Source of the DNA: an uncultured bacterium
GTDB lineage: Bacteria; Verrucomicrobiota; Verrucomicrobiia; Limisphaerales; UBA8199
Direction of reading: 5' to 3'
Length of the DNA stretch: 64,000 bases
NCBI GenBank assembly: GCA_963749495.1
Contig: CAVVMW010000008.1
Coordinates: forward strand, 160,001-224,000
Both the position numbers and the translations under genes were made by a program. The notes beneath the pieces were generated by a model that searched no databases, was not told where the DNA came from, and was given only the letters and a program-made list of their open reading frames with translations. Of the stretch, positions 61,339-64,000 are shown in pieces. Numbering within the stretch: position 1 is the stretch's first letter; each line of letters begins with the position of its first letter.

Positions 61339-62002
61339 TCGGGGGCCCGGTCAGGTCGGCCAGGGTTACCTCCGCTATGGCAGGCCGGACCAGGTCGGCG
61401 GCGCAGAGTTGGTCCGCGGGGAAAGTCTGCGCCACGGCCACGCACCGCATGCCGGCGCCCTTGGCGGCCTGCACCCCGTTGAGGGCGTCCTCAACCACCA
61501 CGCATTGCTCGGGAGCCAGGCCCAGCCCGGCTGCGGCGCTCAGAAAAATATCGGGCGCTGGCTTCTTGATCTTCACCTCTTCGCCCGTTACGACGAAGTC
61601 CCAGGTTTCGAGCGGCAAACCGATCTGGCGCAGGTTGGCGGCGATCTTGACGCGGTCGGCGCTGGAGGCCACCGCCACGCGCAGCCCCGCCTGGCGGCAG
61701 GCCACGACCAGGCGCCGGGCCCCGGGAAAGGCCCTGAGCTGCGAGGGGACCCGCTCGAGGTAGATCTCGTAAGTCCGGCGCTTTGCCGCAGCCAGGTCCA
61801 GCGGAAATCCGTGCCGCTCGGCAACCCCTCCGATATAGCGGTCTTCCCCCGCGCCGACAAACGGCCGAAAGTCTTCCGGCTCAACCCTCAGTCCCTTTTC
61901 CCGGAACATGGCGATGGCCGCCTGGTTGATCAGCGGCTCCGAATCGGTCAGCACGCCGTCCATATCGAAGATGACGGCACGAATGGATGGGGGATGGGGC
62001 AT
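61331..62002 (-). CDS. HAD-family phosphatase (subfamily IA)
   Basis: FDMDGVLTDS, KPAPDIF and VVEDALNG. Confidence 0.92.
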   Translation of the reverse strand: MPHPPSIRAVIFDMDGVLTDSEPLINQAAIAMFREKGLRVEPEDFRPFVGAGEDRYIGGVAERHGFPLDLAAAKRRTYEIYLERVPSQLRAFPGARRLVVACRQAGLRVAVASSADRVKIAANLRQIGLPLETWDFVVTGEEVKIKKPAPDIFLSAAAGLGLAPEQCVVVEDALNGVQAAKGAGMRCVAVAQTFPADQLCAADLVRPAIAEVTLADLTGPPKG

Positions 62003-62011
62003 GGGCGGGAG

Positions 62012-62150
62012 GTGAAACGTGAAACGTGAACCCGGTAGGTGAGTGGCCCTCATTTTTCACGTTTCACGTTTCACGTTTCACGGTTCACGGTTCAGGGTTC
62101 AGCGTTCGGGGTTCACGGTTCAGGGTTCACGTTTCACGTTTCACGTTTCG
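62012..62150. repeat. Inverted heptamer arrays (GTGAAAC)n...(GTTTCAC/GGTTCAC)n
   Basis: Read directly from the sequence. Confidence 0.88.
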
Positions 62151-62153
62151 TTT

Positions 62154-63108
62154 TTATCCGTGTTCGTCGGTGGTTGAACCGCTGTACGCAGGACTGCCGA
62201 TGAGTTGGCGCAGCCGGCCAAGGACCTGGCTGACAGCCAGGCCGGCAAGGCCGGCGGGGTGGCGGAGGATGACGATCTTGGGGCTCGGGGGCCGCCAGAC
62301 TTCCTGGACGGAGTCGCCCCACAGGACGATGCCGGGCAGGTTCAAGGCGGCGGCCAGGTGCGAGATGCCGGAATCATGGCCGATGAAGCCGGCGCAACCC
62401 TGGAGGAGGCCGCCCAGTTCGGGCAGCGGCAGGCTCTGAGCGACGCGGAAACGACCGGGCGGAAGGAGAGCAGCCAGGCGTTGGAGCCGTTCCGCCTCGC
62501 CCTGGCCGCCGACCAGCAGGAGGTCCCACGGGCTGGCACGAACCAGGCCCTGGACCAACTCCGCCCATTTGGGTTCAGGCCAGTTCTTGCGCGGGCTGCC
62601 GCTGCCGGGCACCAGGGCCAGGAGGTTCGACGCGCCCGCTGGCTGCGGCAAGGCCAACTGCGGCACCGGGTCGGCATCGAAAATGGCCAGGCGCTCCAAT
62701 GGTTTGAGAAAGGCACTGGTGGCATGCAGACCGGCCCGTTCGTCCGGCCGATGCGGGCAGGCCAGGAAATAGGCGCCCGTGCAACGCCCCACGTTCGTCT
62801 GGAAGATCTCGTCCGGATCGTAGAGGTAGGAAACGATCAAGTCGAACTCCGAGAAGTAGTCCCTCATGCCCTCGGCCAGTTCGCCGTCGCGGGCGAAGAA
62901 GCCCGCCAGGGGCCGCGCCTCGATAGGCTGGAACGTGGTCCACCAAGCCGGCCGCCAGGGCCAACTGCACGATATGGGGGTAGCCCAGGACCTCCAGGCA
63001 GGCCAGGGGGAACTGGCGCCGCAACGCGGCAATCGCCGGCAGCGTGAGGATGAAATCCCCGATGGCGCCGCCGCGAATGACCAGGATCTTGCCCTGAAAT
63101 TCGTTCAC
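62154..63108 (-). CDS. Glycosyltransferase family 9 (heptosyltransferase-like); frameshift at ~62931
   Basis: ILVIRGGAIGDFIL; PGSGSPRKNWP; GHDSGISHLAAA. Confidence 0.88.
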
Positions 63109-63113
63109 GGCTC

Positions 63114-63668
63114 CTAAAACCTCAGCACACCCAGCGCGGCGATGCACAGGCCGAAGACCAACCGCACCAGGCAGCCGATCTTGATGCGGCTCTCGTTGGC
63201 CGTGCCCCACTCGACGAAATCGCGCAGCCGCCACGGGGAGATGGTCAGCCACATCCCCGCCAGCGCCAGCACATAGGCCCAGGTCTGAATCACCAGTGTC
63301 CAGTGCGTCTCCCCCAGGCGCGGACGGCCCGTGTCCACCATGAGCTTGGCCAGCAGCAAGAGCACGACCGCCAGGCCCCGCACGGCCAGAAAGTCCTGGA
63401 CGAAGGCGCAGGCCCCGATGCCCACGGCAGCAAACACGCAGACCAGCACGTTCTTGTACGAGGCGAAGTCGGAGATGGATTCCTCGCTCAGGTTGTAGAG
63501 AAACCACGCGGTGCCGAGCAACATCAGGGCAAAGCCCCATGGCATCGAGCGCGGGAACCTGCGCAGCGCCGCCGCGTAGGCGGCCGGCTTGGCCAGTCCA
63601 TAAACCTGGGGCAGGGCAAAGCCAAGGCCAAGCGCGATGGCCAGGGTCGAGAGGCTCAAAGGGGACAT
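63114..63668 (-). CDS. Hypothetical membrane protein
   Basis: About six hydrophobic segments. Confidence 0.75.
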   Translation of the reverse strand: MSPLSLSTLAIALGLGFALPQVYGLAKPAAYAAALRRFPRSMPWGFALMLLGTAWFLYNLSEESISDFASYKNVLVCVFAAVGIGACAFVQDFLAVRGLAVVLLLLAKLMVDTGRPRLGETHWTLVIQTWAYVLALAGMWLTISPWRLRDFVEWGTANESRIKIGCLVRLVFGLCIAALGVLRF

Positions 63669-63758
63669 AGTTTAAAGGGATTTCGAGTTTCGAAGCTCAT
63701 CAGCGATTCTACAATTCTAAGCCTATGCAACTTTTCATCCGGATGCGCAGCGAGGAAC

Positions 63759-63857
63759 TGAATGACGAATGACGAATGACGAATGACGAATGGCAAAGGC
63801 GGCGGATTCATGTGCAGTTTCGTCATTCGTCATTCGTCATTCGTCATTCGTAATTCG
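63759..63857. repeat. Inverted heptamer arrays (GAATGAC)n...(GTCATTC)n
   Basis: Read directly from the sequence. Confidence 0.9.
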
Positions 63858-63872
63858 GGGAATCCCAGCCCA

Positions 63873-64000
63873 TTAAAAGGGGTCCAGGTTCCCGTCGTGC
63901 GCCGCCTCTCCATAGAGCGTGAACGAGCCCGCGCGAGTGATGCGGACCTCCAGGAGCCGGCCGCGCAGCCGCTCGGCGGCGTCGAAGACGACGATCTTGT
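63873..64000 (-). CDS. miaB: 3' end (TRAM domain) of probable tRNA methylthiotransferase MiaB; partial
   Basis: KIVVFDAAERLRGRLLEVRITRAGSFTLYGE. Confidence 0.65.
   Translation of the reverse strand, partial: KIVVFDAAERLRGRLLEVRITRAGSFTLYGEAAHDGNLDPF

Overview
High-GC bacterial chromosome segment. Gene content and repeat style suggest a PVC-superphylum organism, probably Verrucomicrobiota; this is an inference, since no rRNA is present. About 1-19 kb is accessory and decaying DNA: phage/ICE-like hypothetical genes, a tandem-HTH metallophosphoesterase, HU plus a histone-like basic protein, toxin-antitoxin (TA) modules, and remnants of an integrase, methylase, beta-clamp and sugar enzymes. About 19-23.5 kb is a Weimberg-type sugar-acid operon interrupted by an atypical HicB/HicA-like pair, which has a paralogous pair at 42 kb. 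At 24-31.7 kb, a secreted FG-GAP propeller is split by an in-frame TGA followed by a hairpin (selenoprotein candidate), and two large carboxypeptidase-regulatory-like repeat proteins follow. At 31.8-34.65 kb is the best novelty candidate: a lower-GC, translationally coupled three-gene cassette of a HalB-like nucleotidyltransferase, a metallophosphoesterase and an exonuclease-like/DpnII-MboI-type nuclease, probably an undescribed nucleotide-signal anti-phage system. From 35 to 64 kb the genes are mostly housekeeping (argJ, rpmH-rnpA-yidD-yidC-jag, uvrC, paaK, amidase, gltA-sucC-sucD, GT9, miaB end), interspersed with REP/MITE palindromes and inverted heptamer arrays, one translated inside UvrC. 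Several 1-bp frameshifts in core genes suggest sequencing indels. No tRNA, rRNA or CRISPR array was seen. All family calls come from reading motifs by eye, not from database searches.
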